From NCBI GenBank assembly GCA_973895155.1, contig OZ316894.1, forward strand, positions 11,067,874-11,131,873: a DNA stretch of 64,000 nt. The letters run 5' to 3'. The notes beneath the pieces are model-generated. The model was given only the letters and a program-made list of their open reading frames with translations, was not told the origin of the DNA and did not search any database. The DNA is from Marsupella aquatica (Eukaryota > Plantae > Marchantiophyta). Below are positions 1-12,234 of the stretch, in pieces. Position 1 is the first letter of the stretch; every line of letters starts with the position of its first letter. A program made the position numbers and the translations under genes.

Positions 1-59
1 GAGAGGTATGGGAGAGAGTTCAAGACCCTGATGATCCATTACAGTTTCTCCGATGTGGC

Positions 60-1727
60 ATGACCCGTTTATCTGCATTGTCACAGTTGCCATATTGGTC
101 AGAGATGCCCATTAATCACTTGTTGGATGCGATGCACATTGAGGGAAATGTGGGGAGATCATTGATTCATCATCTATATGGGGAGAAGAACCACAACTGG
201 AGAGAAAGTTGTGAGGAGATGGGGATGCATGGTCTTTTGGGTTTTTGGCCATCTTTGGACCCCCCTGGTGATCCCCCTAGCATCCATCCTCCTTGGGTTT
301 TGACCAGGGCAGAGCGCATAGAGTTTCGCAGACGGATTGGGTCAATGAGGTTTCCCACAGGTTATGGTGCCAATATTTGTAAGGCATTTGGGGGGGATGA
401 TTCTCCAAAATGGCCATCGTACCTGAAAACACATGATTATCATCGGTTACTAGAACATGTCATTCCAGTTGCGATTATTGGATTGGGTAGTGAGGAACTT
501 CGTGATGCTCTTTGGTCATTGGGCAAGTTTTTGAGATGGGTATGTCAGAAGGAGGTACCAGAGGATGACATTGTTGCGATGGAGATATTTGGAGTAGAGG
601 TTGTTTGCAAGTTGGAGAAGGCACTTCCACCCTCATTCTTTGATGGTCAGGTTCATTTCCTCATACATTTAGTGCGTGAGGTAGCAATTGCAGGCCCGGT
701 ACATTGTCGATGGATGTATTGGGTAGAGCGTTACATGGGGGTGATGAAGTCATATGTCTCTAATCGGGCTAGGGTGGAAGGTAGCATTGCAGAGCGTCAT
801 CTTGGAGCAGAGAGTATGTTTTATTGTACAAACATAGTTGCCACGCTAGATCCAAGGGCACCTAGGGGATGGATAGATGAGGCGGCACGAGAGGCAGACT
901 ATGAGGATGATAGACTCACTGGGGCATCAAGAGAGCATGGCTTAGGCTCAGCAGAGCGTTTGCAACTTACAACATTTATGTTGTATAACTCACCAGAGGT
1001 TGTAGGGGAGTGGACAACATTTTATGAGGAGAAGCAAAATAGTTGACAGCCACGGTTGTTTCCCAAGTTTCACCCATACATGAAATCAAAGTTGTTAGAA
1101 GTGGATGCCTTGGTGGGTACTGGAGACAGTATATTACATTACCCACAAGTGACTGATAAGCTTCGTACCTTGGTTCATGGTCCACTGCTTAAAGTCACGA
1201 CTTGGATGGCAATGTGGTCAAAGGGGAGACATTTCCGTGTGGAACGACTTGATGAGAAGAGAGTAGCTACACAAGATTGTGGGGTGATGGGTTGGTTCAC
1301 CCAGGATTCCCAGAGTAGCACGTCGGACATGAACCCCATTCGCTCCACCGTGGCCCATTATGGGAAGATTGATGAGATCCTGACAGTGAAGTACCATGCA
1401 CATACTAATTTGGAGGAGGTGGTATTTATGTGCAAATGGTTCAAGATGAATCTTGTAGGCAACAATCGAACATGTGAAGATGATGCGTGCGGATTTACCC
1501 GTTTGAAGACATCTGCAAATAGTGTCATTAGTTCCAATTGGAGGTCCTCAGATCCCTTTGCCTTCCCACATCACCTTGAGCAGTGCTTTTACCTACCCTA
1601 TCCAGATGACCCACATTGGTCCATTGTCATGCCATATATCCCTAGATCACGGTCTATAGTCCAAGAGAGACCCAATGTCGTTGTAGTGGAAGACAACGAC
1701 ATCCCCGACCCTCCACAAGCTAGTTAG
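60..1727 (+). pseudogene. CACTA transposase (TnpD/Tnp2) C-terminal part, split by one stop at 1044-1046
   Basis: HLLDAMHIEGN, LKTHDYHRL, FFDGQVHFLIHL, WMYWVERYM (DUF4218-like) and the same-frame ORF 1056-1727 with CKWF...DPFAFP...QCFY (DUF4216-like). Confidence 0.88.
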
Positions 1728-1934
1728 TATATTTTGTATGTAGCTAGGCCCCCCCAACCACACCACCTTCATGTTTTTTTTAATCGGCAATATAAAAGTT
1801 GGCATCATTACTTCTTTAATTGTCATGGTATGCACATGCCCAAAATCTCTTGGTTATATATAGAAGTGTCCTTACTTTATATACCCTTCCTAAGAACCCC
1901 CTGCCTTATGTCCCATTGACCGTCCCATGAAAAA

Positions 1935-2460
1935 GCCATCGGATTTCCATCGCACCTTCTAAAAACAGAAACCAGACTTTCCGATACTCCCAACTAAGGA
2001 CTATTCCATATAAAACCCATCGGACACACATTTTCGATCCTCTCCACAACAGACACCTTCTCCTCCTTTGTTGACGAGGTATCCGATCCAACATCCGACG
2101 GACAATGTCCGACATAACTTTTTACGCACAAAATATCCGACCCTAAACCCAACGGACACAAATATCCGATGCATTCCGTGACGGTCCCAGTCCGATACAA
2201 CTACCAACGCAAACATCTTGCGATGCATTAAGGTTCGGATGCATTATGCGGTCATGGCGACATAGTTTCCGATATGTTTAGCATCGGAGACTATCCGATA
2301 GTAGTACGATGGGACAGCGTATGCGATGGGTTTTACATCGGAATTGGCAGGTCCGATGGGATCAGGATCGGAAAATACATTGCAGGGCACATCGGATATT
2401 GTCCAAAGTGTTCGGCATGGGATGGGTGACGTTTGGCTCAAAAGGAGTATCGGAAAACTG
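1935..2460. repeat. CACTA subterminal repeats (TCCGA(T/C) / ATCGGA motif in both orientations)
   Basis: Many short TCCGAT/TCCGAC/ATCGGA motifs directly inside the terminal CACTA motif. Confidence 0.75.
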
Positions 2461-2477
2461 CCAAAAATGTACTAGTG

Positions 2478-2880
2478 TGAGTTCGTTTGCTTTGACTTCA
2501 GCTTCCAGTCTCACCACCTCAGCAATAGTAGAGTGACACGGGTTATCAGCTACCGCCCTCCGCTGCTGTTGAAGTTGAGTCACAATCTCAGGCTGTCGTT
2601 TCCTCAGCTCATCAACTTTCCGCTTTTCGGCAACCAGCACCTTTTTCATTATGTTGGCAGCTAAATCCCAGTGAATCCTAGCATCTATGTTAGGGTTGAG
2701 GTTATAGCCCCATGCAGCAATGGCTTGCTCTCTGATTTCTGGTTTGTCTAGCATTTTTGCATCCATCTTGAAGTAGCTGCTCTTCCTTGTTCTGGGTGCA
2801 TTGCTGATGTCTTGAAGCGCAAAAGACACAAGGACTGGGAGGTGGTCAGAAAGTGTTTGCCTGTCATCGTGATCAATCTG
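2478..2880 (-). pseudogene. LINE ORF2 fragment 3: end of APE endonuclease (SDH motif) and linker
   Basis: QTLSDHLPV...SYFKMDAKML...; continues in frame from fragment 2 once the gypsy element and one ATCTG are removed. Confidence 0.85.
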
Positions 2881-4374
2881 AGTGGTGGACCTCGCCACCC
2901 AGCGCCCTCACCAATCCCAGCACTTGCGCCTAAGTGCCCTTGGTGCCCGAACGCCTCCACGGAATACCTCGAGCAAGCATCCAAATGCCTCTAGCACCAC
3001 CCGCGGCCACTCCCATACGAAGCCGCACTTGCTCACCTACACAACCGCTACTCAACGGTCCTCACTGTCTGCACAAGCAACCAAGCACCTCGGTAAGTAA
3101 CCCCACCGGATCTAGAATTCACCAAGTCTAGCATCCTAACTCAAGCTCAACAGACATTGGTAAATAGGTCAGCGATAGGTCATCCCAATGCCATAAGCCG
3201 GAACCAGAACCCACGCCCACTGTTCGTCCAGGACAGCTCCTTCCTTGGGCGCGGCCCGGGTTCCCCCTCGTACCTATCCATCACCAACTAACCGCCCTGA
3301 CCTCAGGACATGCTCATGGCCCGATTAGCATAGCTTGTCCTAAAGCTTGTCCCAAGCTCGTCTCAACACGCCGGGACCAGAACGGCCCCGACTCTAACAC
3401 CGACTCCCGGTTCGCCCCACTGATGGTCTAGGAACCGAGCGCCCTTGGGACTCAGCCTCCACACCTACTTGGCCTTGCCTCCCCAACGCAAGCTCCCTTG
3501 GGAGGCTGAATGCGGCTTGGCTGCTGTTCGGCAGGATTTGGCAAATGGGCGAGCTAACACCCGCAAACCATGAGAACCCATGTCACCCCCAGACCCAGGT
3601 GAGCTCAGGAGAGCGTAGCCCTCTTCGAGAGCTTTCCAACGCACCTAAGAAGTCCTCCAACGGACTTCCCGTTGGGAAGATATCGCCGTTTCCGTTTGGC
3701 GGTTTTCCTTAGTGTCGCGACCGCCGGGGCTCACGACTTCGGGTCGCCCTTAGCCCCCAGGGAGACACCACTCCCCTCATATATGCTTCTGGAGACCTGC
3801 CACCCCCGGACCAGCTTTGGTCCCTAAACATTTGGCCCCCAACCCGGATCCCATCGCGCATAATGGGCGCGCCACCAACTGGCAACGCCCATAACTTTCT
3901 TGATAGGCATCCACAAGCGGAGTGCCTTAGCCCGTTGTGACCGGGCCGACCTAGTGCTCATGCCTAGGCCCTCAGGTCTGATCGCCGCTTGGGGCCCCTG
4001 ACCGGCCCAACCCGGCTCGGGCCACAACTTGCGCCCCAAGCGTCCGTTGCCAATGGCGTCAACTCCATTGGCCTTGGGCCCAAGAGGAGCTCACTTCCAA
4101 GCCCTCAGAACTCAAAGCCCATCCAACGGTCTGGACGGCCATCCATGAGCCCGACCCATTTCCCCTTGACCCGACCAGCCATAGGCTAGTCCAAGTCCTT
4201 AGTTTGTGTCCCCAGCTTGGCCCCTTGCCTCGCCAGTGCCACGTCTCATTGCCCACAAGTCTCCCCATGCTAAGTCCTCCCCGGATGGCCTATCCGGGCC
4301 TGGACCATAAGGGAGCTTGGCGTCGGAGTCAGCGATGTCGGAGCTAAGTGTTAAGGTAGTCGAGTTCTGCAACT
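2881..4374 (-). repeat. 3' LTR (about 1.49 kb) of the chromovirus
   Basis: Direct repeat of 10079-11017; starts AGTGGTGG and ends GCAACT; abuts the PPT. Confidence 0.92.
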
Positions 4375-4389
4375 TGCACCCCCCCTTAA
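4375..4389 (-). other. Polypurine tract of the chromovirus
   Basis: Minus strand TTAAGGGGGGGTGCA directly precedes the 3' LTR. Confidence 0.85.
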
Positions 4390-4813
4390 AAATGGTCACG
4401 TCCGCGTGACCTAAGTAAACGTTCCAACACGCCTAGACCACTTTGGGCCTTAAAAAATTTTATGAGGTAACAAATGGTTTGCCCATAAGGCTGATGCAAA
4501 CCAGGTTGGTATGCGCATTCCAAACTTAGGAAATTCCAACCTATCCCACTTATCCAAGTAGGATGCCAGTCCAAACGGGTAAGCTAACTCCAAACTTGTC
4601 GGACCCCTTGTCCTCCCCTTGGGGCACTCCCCTTTGGTTCGAACTAGCCCGCCCACAGATGTAGGGCGGGCACCATCAACTTCCACTCGCAAAAAGCAAA
4701 TCAGCCGCCCAACAACCTCTAGCCCCAACGCAATCCGACTTTATCCTTGAGAGGCCGAGAGGAGTGAAACTAGGATACAACTCACAAAGGTAGCTACAGT
4801 TGTATGTACCAGT

Positions 4814-7800
4814 TCACAACGGCGATAGGCCGCTCCGCTTATGATAGCTTCCAAGGATCTCTGAGGCATTACCCAAATTTTCTTTCGGCTCCCAAGTACT
4901 CTCGGCCTGGTCATAGCCAGCCCACTTCACCAAATACTCTAAGATTTTCCTTCCCAATTTGCGTTTGTAACGGTGGTCCAAAATTGCCTCCACCTCGAAC
5001 TCCTCAGCGTCCTCCACCAGCATGGCGTCCGGACGCAAGACCTGATCCCGATTGGGATCATCGTCTTTGACAAATTTCTTGAGCCGGCTAACATGGTAGC
5101 TTTTGCCTACGCCCATTTCCTTGGGTGTCTCCAACACCACCGAAGCCGGATTATCCTTGTGGGCCCATCATATGATGCGATAGGGCCCTGCATATCTGGG
5201 AGCCAGCTTCCTACTTATGTTCCCATGGTATTGCTCAGGTCTCAACTGCAACCAGACGCTCTCCCCAATTTCAAAGCTTACATGGCGTCGATGTTTATCC
5301 CCTTGCTCCTTGTACCGACTTTGGGCAAGGGTCATACCCTTGGTAGCCACTTCCACAACTAGGCGTCGCTCTCAAATAAAATTGTCCGCAGAAGGAACCT
5401 TGCTTTCCGTCCGCCAAGCTTCCGGATTTATAAACCAGGAGGGCGCCCTTGGCGTCCTCCCTGTGGCCAACACAAACGGCGCAAACCCCATCGCCGAATG
5501 CTTGGTCGAGTTATACCTGAACTCGGCCATTGTTAAATGCTTCGCCCAATCCTTCTGATTGGCTGTCACAAAGTGACGCAAGTAGTCCTCCACAATACCA
5601 TTAACCCGTTCTGTTTGGCCATCTGTCTCATGATGATATGCTGATCCCCTGGTCAAGTCCGTTCCGGATAACCGGAACAACGCCTTCCAGAAATGGCCTG
5701 TGAACTTGGTATCGCGATCGAACAGGATATGCAACGGCAATCCCCATTGTCGGAAGACATTGTCAAATACTAGACCGGCAACCTCTCGGGCCGAAACTAT
5801 CTTCATAGTAGGCAAGAAATACGCCATCTTGGGAAAATGATCCACGATTGTTAAGATGGAGTTACTGCCGTGGGACTCAAGTAATCCAACAATGAAGTCC
5901 ATGGAGATAGACTCCCAGGAGCCGCAACTACTAGTAAGGGTTGCAACAGCCCTCCTTTTGCCCTATAGACCGTTCGGTTCTTCTGGCACGAGTAACAACT
6001 TTGCACGTGTTGAAGGACCGACTGCTTCATGTCCGGCCAATACACATCTCGCGACATGCTGCAATACGTGGCGGCTTGTCTTTCGTGCCCTCCCTAGGGC
6101 GAGTCGTGGTACTTTTGCAGAACCTCTAACCTTAAAGACTCTGGTATGTACACACGCCTCTGCTTGTATCGCCATAACTGGTTATTATGCATCGTATCCA
6201 ACCCCAACGATACGTGCCTTACCTTGCCCCGGCTACCCCCATTGCTTTGCCAATCCTTAGCTAACCTGTCATCCCCATACGCCGCGGCCAGACCCTTTGG
6301 CCACTCGGATTTGAGCATCGTGATCCCGTTGACACGATGTTGGTCCTTACGCGATAACGCGTCCGCTGCCATATTTGTCTTCCCTGGAACGTGGCAAACT
6401 TCGAAATCGAAATCCGCCAAGAACATCTGCCAGCGCATTTCCTTGGAGTTCAGTCTTGGCTTAGAACTGAAGTACCCGGCCGGTGAGCTATCTGTGTGGA
6501 TTACCACTTTCGGACCGTTCTTAAGGTAAATCTCCCACTTCTTCAACGCATAGATCACAGCATACATTTCCCTTTCCGGCGTGATCCAGTGATTTTCCAA
6601 CTTACATGACTCAAAGGCCACAGGACGCCCATCTTGGTGAAGACAGGCGCCGATGGCATAATCACTTGCGTCTGTCCAAATCTTGAACGGCTTCCCCATC
6701 TTAGGTAACTTTAGAACCGGCGGCGTTATCATTAACCGCTTAAGTTCTAGGAATGCTAACTCGCAATCCTATGTCCACACAAACACTTTGTTTTTCAACG
6801 TTAGCGCATTTAGGGGCCTCGCGATCCTCGCATAGTCTTTCATGTATCTTCGATAGAACCCCGTAAATCCTAAGAAGGCTCTAACTTGCCTTACATTGGA
6901 TGGGCACTCCCATTCTTTGATCTCCTTAAGCTTGTCCTAACTAGGCGTAATCCCTTCCGGGGTAAAGGTATGGCCGAGGAACTGAATCTCGTTCATCGCA
7001 AACTCACACTTGCTAGGTTTAGCAAAGAGACGAGCCTTACAAAGGCGAGAGAATACTTCTCTGAGCAACTGCTCATGCTCCTCCAACATTTTCGAGTAGA
7101 TTAGGATGTTGTCAATAAAGACGACCACTCCTTGGTCCAACAAGTCATAAAAGATGGTATTCATCATCTTCATGAACGTTGCGGTTGCATTACACAATCC
7201 GAACGGCATAATCAAAAACTCATAGGATCCGAACCTTGTGCGCATCGCGGTCTTATACTCGTCTCCCTTAGCCATGCGGATCTGGTAATACCCAGACCGC
7301 AAGTCCACCTTTGAAAACTTCTTAGCCCTGGAGAGGCAATCAAAGAGGTCATCCATATGAGGTAACGGGTACTTGTTCTTTACCGTCTGCTTATTGAGGG
7401 CCCGGTAATCTGCGCACAATCTCAAAGTACCATCCTTTTTGGACACAAATAGTGCGGGCGCCCGTAAGGACTCTTACTAGGGCGAATGAACCCTTGGTCG
7501 ATCAACTCTTCCAAGGAGTTCTTCAACATCATTCGCTCGTTCAGGTTTAGACGATAAGGAGCTTTAGCCTGAGGAGCCAATCCCGGCTCCAACTCAACTT
7601 GGTGATCCACTTCTCTCCGCGGGGTAAACCTTTAGGTAGCTTCTGCGAGAGCATGCCATTGAATTCCTCTAAAATTTCAGGAATTTGACCACAGTCGGGC
7701 CCGACCTTAGCTGACTTGACCTTTGGCTGCGACGCAACCTCCTTAGTTGGATGGAGATGACAGAAGAAACATTCATGTCCACCCTTGAAGTCTTTCCACC

Positions 7801-9261
7801 ATTGCTTCGCCAATACACACGGAGACATCCACGACACTTTACTTACTTTAAGAAATCTTTCTTTATTTTTGGTAATTTCGTGTACAACGATGGGCTCACC
7901 GCCCTTATTGGGAAAATGGAGCACCTCACCCCCCGATTTTAAGGTAACATTGTGCTTTCTGAGATAACCACTCGACAAAATGAAGTCTATGACTAGACCG
8001 TCTAGAACGTAGAACATCTCCTGACTAACAAAATTTTGTTGTTCGCCTATGACCTCTACCCGAAGTCTACGCACTACTCTCGACACTATCCCCTTCATGT
8101 CGTTGGCGAACTTGCACACTAACGGTTGTAACAACTCTTGCACGTCCACCCCACGATGAGGTGCCACCTGCCCACTTATGAAGCAGGCGGTCGCGCCTGT
8201 ATCCACCAACGCAACACCCAGATTACCGTTAGAAGTGACATTCACAAAAATCAGTTTTTCAGGATCCATTGTCTTAACTTTAGGTATCTTTTCTCGCAAC
8301 AACACCCTCTCTCCGTCAGGGACATCCCCTACAGGGACCTTGTCAGCTACTAAGGATTTGGTTAGAGCGATACTTACCTTAATGCTCTTCTGCCCTCCAC
8401 CATCTCCATTCGGCTTGCCACCTTTCGTGGAACAATCCTTACTTTGATGGCCCATGGTGCCACATGTGAAGCACAAACCTTCAGCCCGCCTCTGCTCCAT
8501 GGTCGCCTGCTTCTTTGCTTTCTGCGCCGATGAGGCTCCTTTCTTAAAGTTGCCGGCCTTCCGGTTTCGCTTAGCTTCTCCATTCTGGGGCTGGGGATCC
8601 GAACCACCGGCCCCTGCCCCCTCAGGTTGCTTCCGCTTATTCCCGGGACCTTTTGCTTTCCCAGCTTCCCCTTCGGATCCCTTGCCACCCACCTTCACCA
8701 AGTCCGGTTGGTTATTCACCAACGTAGTGGCCTTGTCGAAGGCATCAGAAAGCGTTTTGAACTCATGACGCTTTTCCTGCAACTTTTCCCTGAGCAACGG
8801 CGGGAGCTTCACAATAAAGTTGTGAAGCTGTGTATGTAGGGTCTCTTGTCCCGCCGGATACATGCCAACTAGTTCTGGTAATAAGTGATGAACTTTTGGA
8901 TATCACCCCTGAAACTCATCTCCGTTACGCATTTCTAAGCATGCCGCTCCGGGTACTTAGTGGTGACATGAGCACGGAGACCCTCAACCAGGTTTTCCCA
9001 AGTTAACGGCAAGGAGGAGTCCTCTCGCGACTTCTTCCATGACTTGTACCAAGTCAAGGCATAGTCCTTCAGGTAAGGAGCTGCTGCGGTAGCCCAAGTG
9101 GAACGCTCAACGCACGCTTGGAGATGAATCTCCATCGTGGAGAGCCAACTCAGGAACTTTTGTCCACTTTGCTCGTAGGCCCCGTCGTAAGTTGGAGGAG
9201 TCGGTAGCTGGTTCACTTGGAACATACTCCGTCCAACTACCATTCCCCCCTCGGGACGCAA
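4814..9261 (-). pseudogene. gag-pol of chromovirus with stops and frameshifts (gag, CCHC knuckle, protease, RT, RNase H, integrase, chromodomain)
   Basis: CFTCGTMGHQSKDC; LVDTGAT; [11 protein letters not shown]...FIDNILI (YxDD degenerate); WTDASDYAIG; MDFIVGL...TDGQTERVN; FEVEAILDHR...YLVKWAGY...TWEP. Confidence 0.93.
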
Positions 9262-10064
9262 CGCACTCTGACTACCCAGACTAAGTAAGTACTTAATCTA
9301 GGCCCCCTTGTTGTGTTCCAACTGCTCATAGATGAGTCGTTGGTCTTGAGTCAACGGACCCAGACCGTCGTCAGCGGCCGGGCCCTTGCAGGTTGTATGA
9401 GGACGGTCCTCCAACCGTCTTTCCTTTGCGGGTCGCCTGTCCTTAGGTTCTCTTGTGGATTTTGGTGAAACACCCCGCATTTTGCGAGTACCATGACCTC
9501 CCAGGATTGAGGTATCACCCGCATCATCCTGGTTCTGCTTGGTCAACTTATCCACGATGATGTCCGGCTCGGCATCATCCTCTGGTTCCGCGTTCAACCC
9601 TCTCAAGGCTAGGATCAGTTCCTCTTCCGGGTCCAGACCCTCTTCCTCTGTCTCAGCGTCAGTGTTGTCGTCGCTTGCTGTTGCGTCGGAGTCATCATCA
9701 TCCGACCCATCCTCTGAAGGATCAGCCGCCTCCTTCCCTTTAAGTTGATGGCGCTCTGCACTTGACTTGTTTGCCGCAGCGGTCGACGGTTCGGCCGTTG
9801 CGTCTTTTTCATCCTACTTGTAACATCCGTCTAGGGAAGTCAACCCGTCCTCCTTCTGTTCATCGTGAACCTGGGCTCTCCCCTTGGTGGGGGCAGCCTG
9901 CTTGCCACTCTTTGCATGAGTGCTTTTCGCCATGTTCCCAGCAACCGAATCTGCCCGCAGTCGACCCGCCGGGCACGATGAAGCACTAAGTCCTCGCAAA
10001 AATCCGTTAAGATTTTTGGATTCCGACTTAGCACAACTCCGGCCCAGTGTCTATGCCAGCAATC

Positions 10065-10076
10065 GCTCTGATACCA
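10065..10076 (-). other. Primer binding site, tRNA-iMet
   Basis: GCTCTGATACCA = reverse complement of TGGTATCAGAGC, 2 nt from the LTR. Confidence 0.92.
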
Positions 10077-10078
10077 CA

Positions 10079-11017
10079 AGTGGTGGACCTTGGCACCCAA
10101 CGCCCTCACCAATCCCAGCACTTGCGCCTAAGTGCCCTTGGTGCCCAAACGCCTCCATGGAATACCTTGAGCAAGCATCCAAATGCCTCTAGCACCACCC
10201 GTGGCCACTCCCATACGAGCCGCACTTGCTCACCTATACAACCGCTACTCAACGGTCCTCACTGTCTGCACAAGCAACCAAGCACCTCGGTAAGTAACCC
10301 CACCGGATCTAGAATTCGCCAAGTCTAGCATCCTAACTCAAGCTCAATAGACGTTGGTAAATAGGTCAACGATAGGTCCTCCCGATGCCATAAGCCGGAA
10401 CCAGAACCCACGCCCACTGTCTGTCCAGGACAACTCCTTCCTTGGGCGCGGCCCGGGTTCCCCCTCGTACCTATCCATCACCAACTGACCGCCCTGACCT
10501 CAGGACATGCTCATGGCCTGATTAGCGTAGCTTGTCCTAAAGCTTGTCCCAAGCTCGTCTCAACATGTCGGGACCAGAACGGCCCCGACTCTAACACCGA
10601 CTCCCGGTTCGCCCCACTAATGGTCTAGGGACCGAGCGCCCTTGGGACTCAGCCTCCACACCTACTTGGCCTTGCCTCCCCAACGCAAGCTCCCTTGGGA
10701 GGCTGAACGCGGCTTGGCTGCTGTTCGGCAGGATTTGGCAAACGGGCGAGCTAACACCCGCAAACCACGAGAACCCATGGCACCCCCAGACCCAGTTGAG
10801 CTCAGGAGGGCGTAGCCCTCCTCGAGAGCTAGTCCAAGTCCTTAGTTTGTGTCCCCAGCTTGGCCCCTTGCCTCGCCAGTGCCACGTCTCATTGCTCACA
10901 AGTCTCCCCATGCTAAGTCCTCCCCGGATGGCCTATCCGGGCCTGGACCATAAGGGAGCTCGGCGTCGGAGATAGCGATGCCGGAGCTAAGTGTTAAGGT
11001 AGTCGAGTTCCGTGACT
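10079..11017 (-). repeat. 5' LTR of the chromovirus (about 0.94 kb, internally deleted)
   Basis: Matches 2881-4374 but lacks the segment equivalent to 3634-4187. Confidence 0.92.
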
Positions 11018-11337
11018 ATCTGTCTAATAACAGAGCACGAGTTGGCTCTATAATTACAATAGATTTTATCCAATCTAGCTTGGTCAAAACGTGAACCACT
11101 AATAGCTTGGCATGTAAACTTGGGTCCTTTTCTAATCGCAGCACACATGTACGAATGAACAAAATCTCCTTGATCAATGAATTTAGCCCACTTCCTGCAT
11201 TTGCTTCCATGTAAGAGTGGACTAGGTCCAATAGAGTCGTCAGGTTGTTTGACCATATTGAAATCTCCACCAATCACCCAATTGCCCACAGCGGGTTTGT
11301 TGCCCAGCCACCCCCACAAAAGCTTCCTCTAATATCT
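11018..11337 (-). pseudogene. LINE ORF2 fragment 2: APE endonuclease middle
   Basis: WVIGGDFNMV ... ARLDKIY motifs. Confidence 0.87.
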
Positions 11338-12234
11338 CACTAGTAGAAACCGGGGGGTATTTAGACCCCATTAAACGACTATTCAATACCGTATAGGACT
11401 TGGAAACGACTGGGAAGGACTCTAGTCCTTTATAGGACTGCGAGTCGTATGTTTTGTTACTATAATCAACTGAGTCCTTTATAGAACTGGTTTATAAGTC
11501 GTTTAATAGACTGGATTTTCAGTCTATTTTAGTCTTTGTGTGGGTAGCTTTGGTGAGTCTTTTTCAGTCTTTTATGGGCTGCGATGGTGAGTCGTTGGGA
11601 ACAACTCAAAAGGTTATGGAGGGTAGTCTTTAAATATACTTTGTGGGTTTATAAAATGACTAAAGTAGACACTTTGTGGGGGTTTATAAAACGACTAAAG
11701 TAGACACTTTGTGGGGTATGTACAAGTCTTTCATGTCAACTGGAAATGAGTGATGAAGACCCCACTATACTACTTGGAATGAATTCACTCTTGTGCACAA
11801 ATAACACATTTCATTCATGTTTTATTGTGTACTTGGAATGAACTCACTCTATAAGGTCACCATTCACCATGTTAACATTAGAACCTCACACAAATTTTCA
11901 GAAATCTTCTATACCATGTACACTAATATGAATTCACAGATTCAAACATCATAGACTACAAAGAAGGTCACAAAGCATTCGTCTATACCATACACACTAA
12001 TACTGAATTGATACAAAACAGATTCAAGTATCATAGACAATCACCATAGAGCCATAGTTTGACATCAATCACTTGTTTCATACATACAGAATTCAGAAAT
12101 ATCAATGTCACACACAACGGCTCCTTCATCCTCTTTACCAAATGGAAAAATTGGTACAGATATTTCTTGGATTTTTCCAAGGCAATGTCAAAATGTAACA
12201 CAATTCACATGATTCTATCTACACTTGTATTCAG

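Larger units (their letters stand above)
1..2477 (+). mobile_element. CACTA (En/Spm) DNA transposon, 3' part (5' end outside window)
   Basis: TnpD-type ORFs 60-1727; terminus ...AAAATGTACTAGTG ends at 2477 (reverse complement CACTAGTACATTTT); LINE sequence resumes immediately after. Confidence 0.9.
2881..11017 (-). mobile_element. Ty3/gypsy chromovirus LTR retrotransposon, full length, degenerate
   Basis: Two LTRs, 5-bp TSD ATCTG (2876-2880 / 11018-11022), PBS, PPT, gag-PR-RT-RH-INT-chromodomain order. Confidence 0.95.

Noticed and set aside
4394-4411. Perfect hairpin GGTCACG-TCCG-CGTGACC resembling a terminator
   Set aside because: Short hairpins just upstream of the PPT are common in plant gypsy elements; there is no U-tract and the context is eukaryotic
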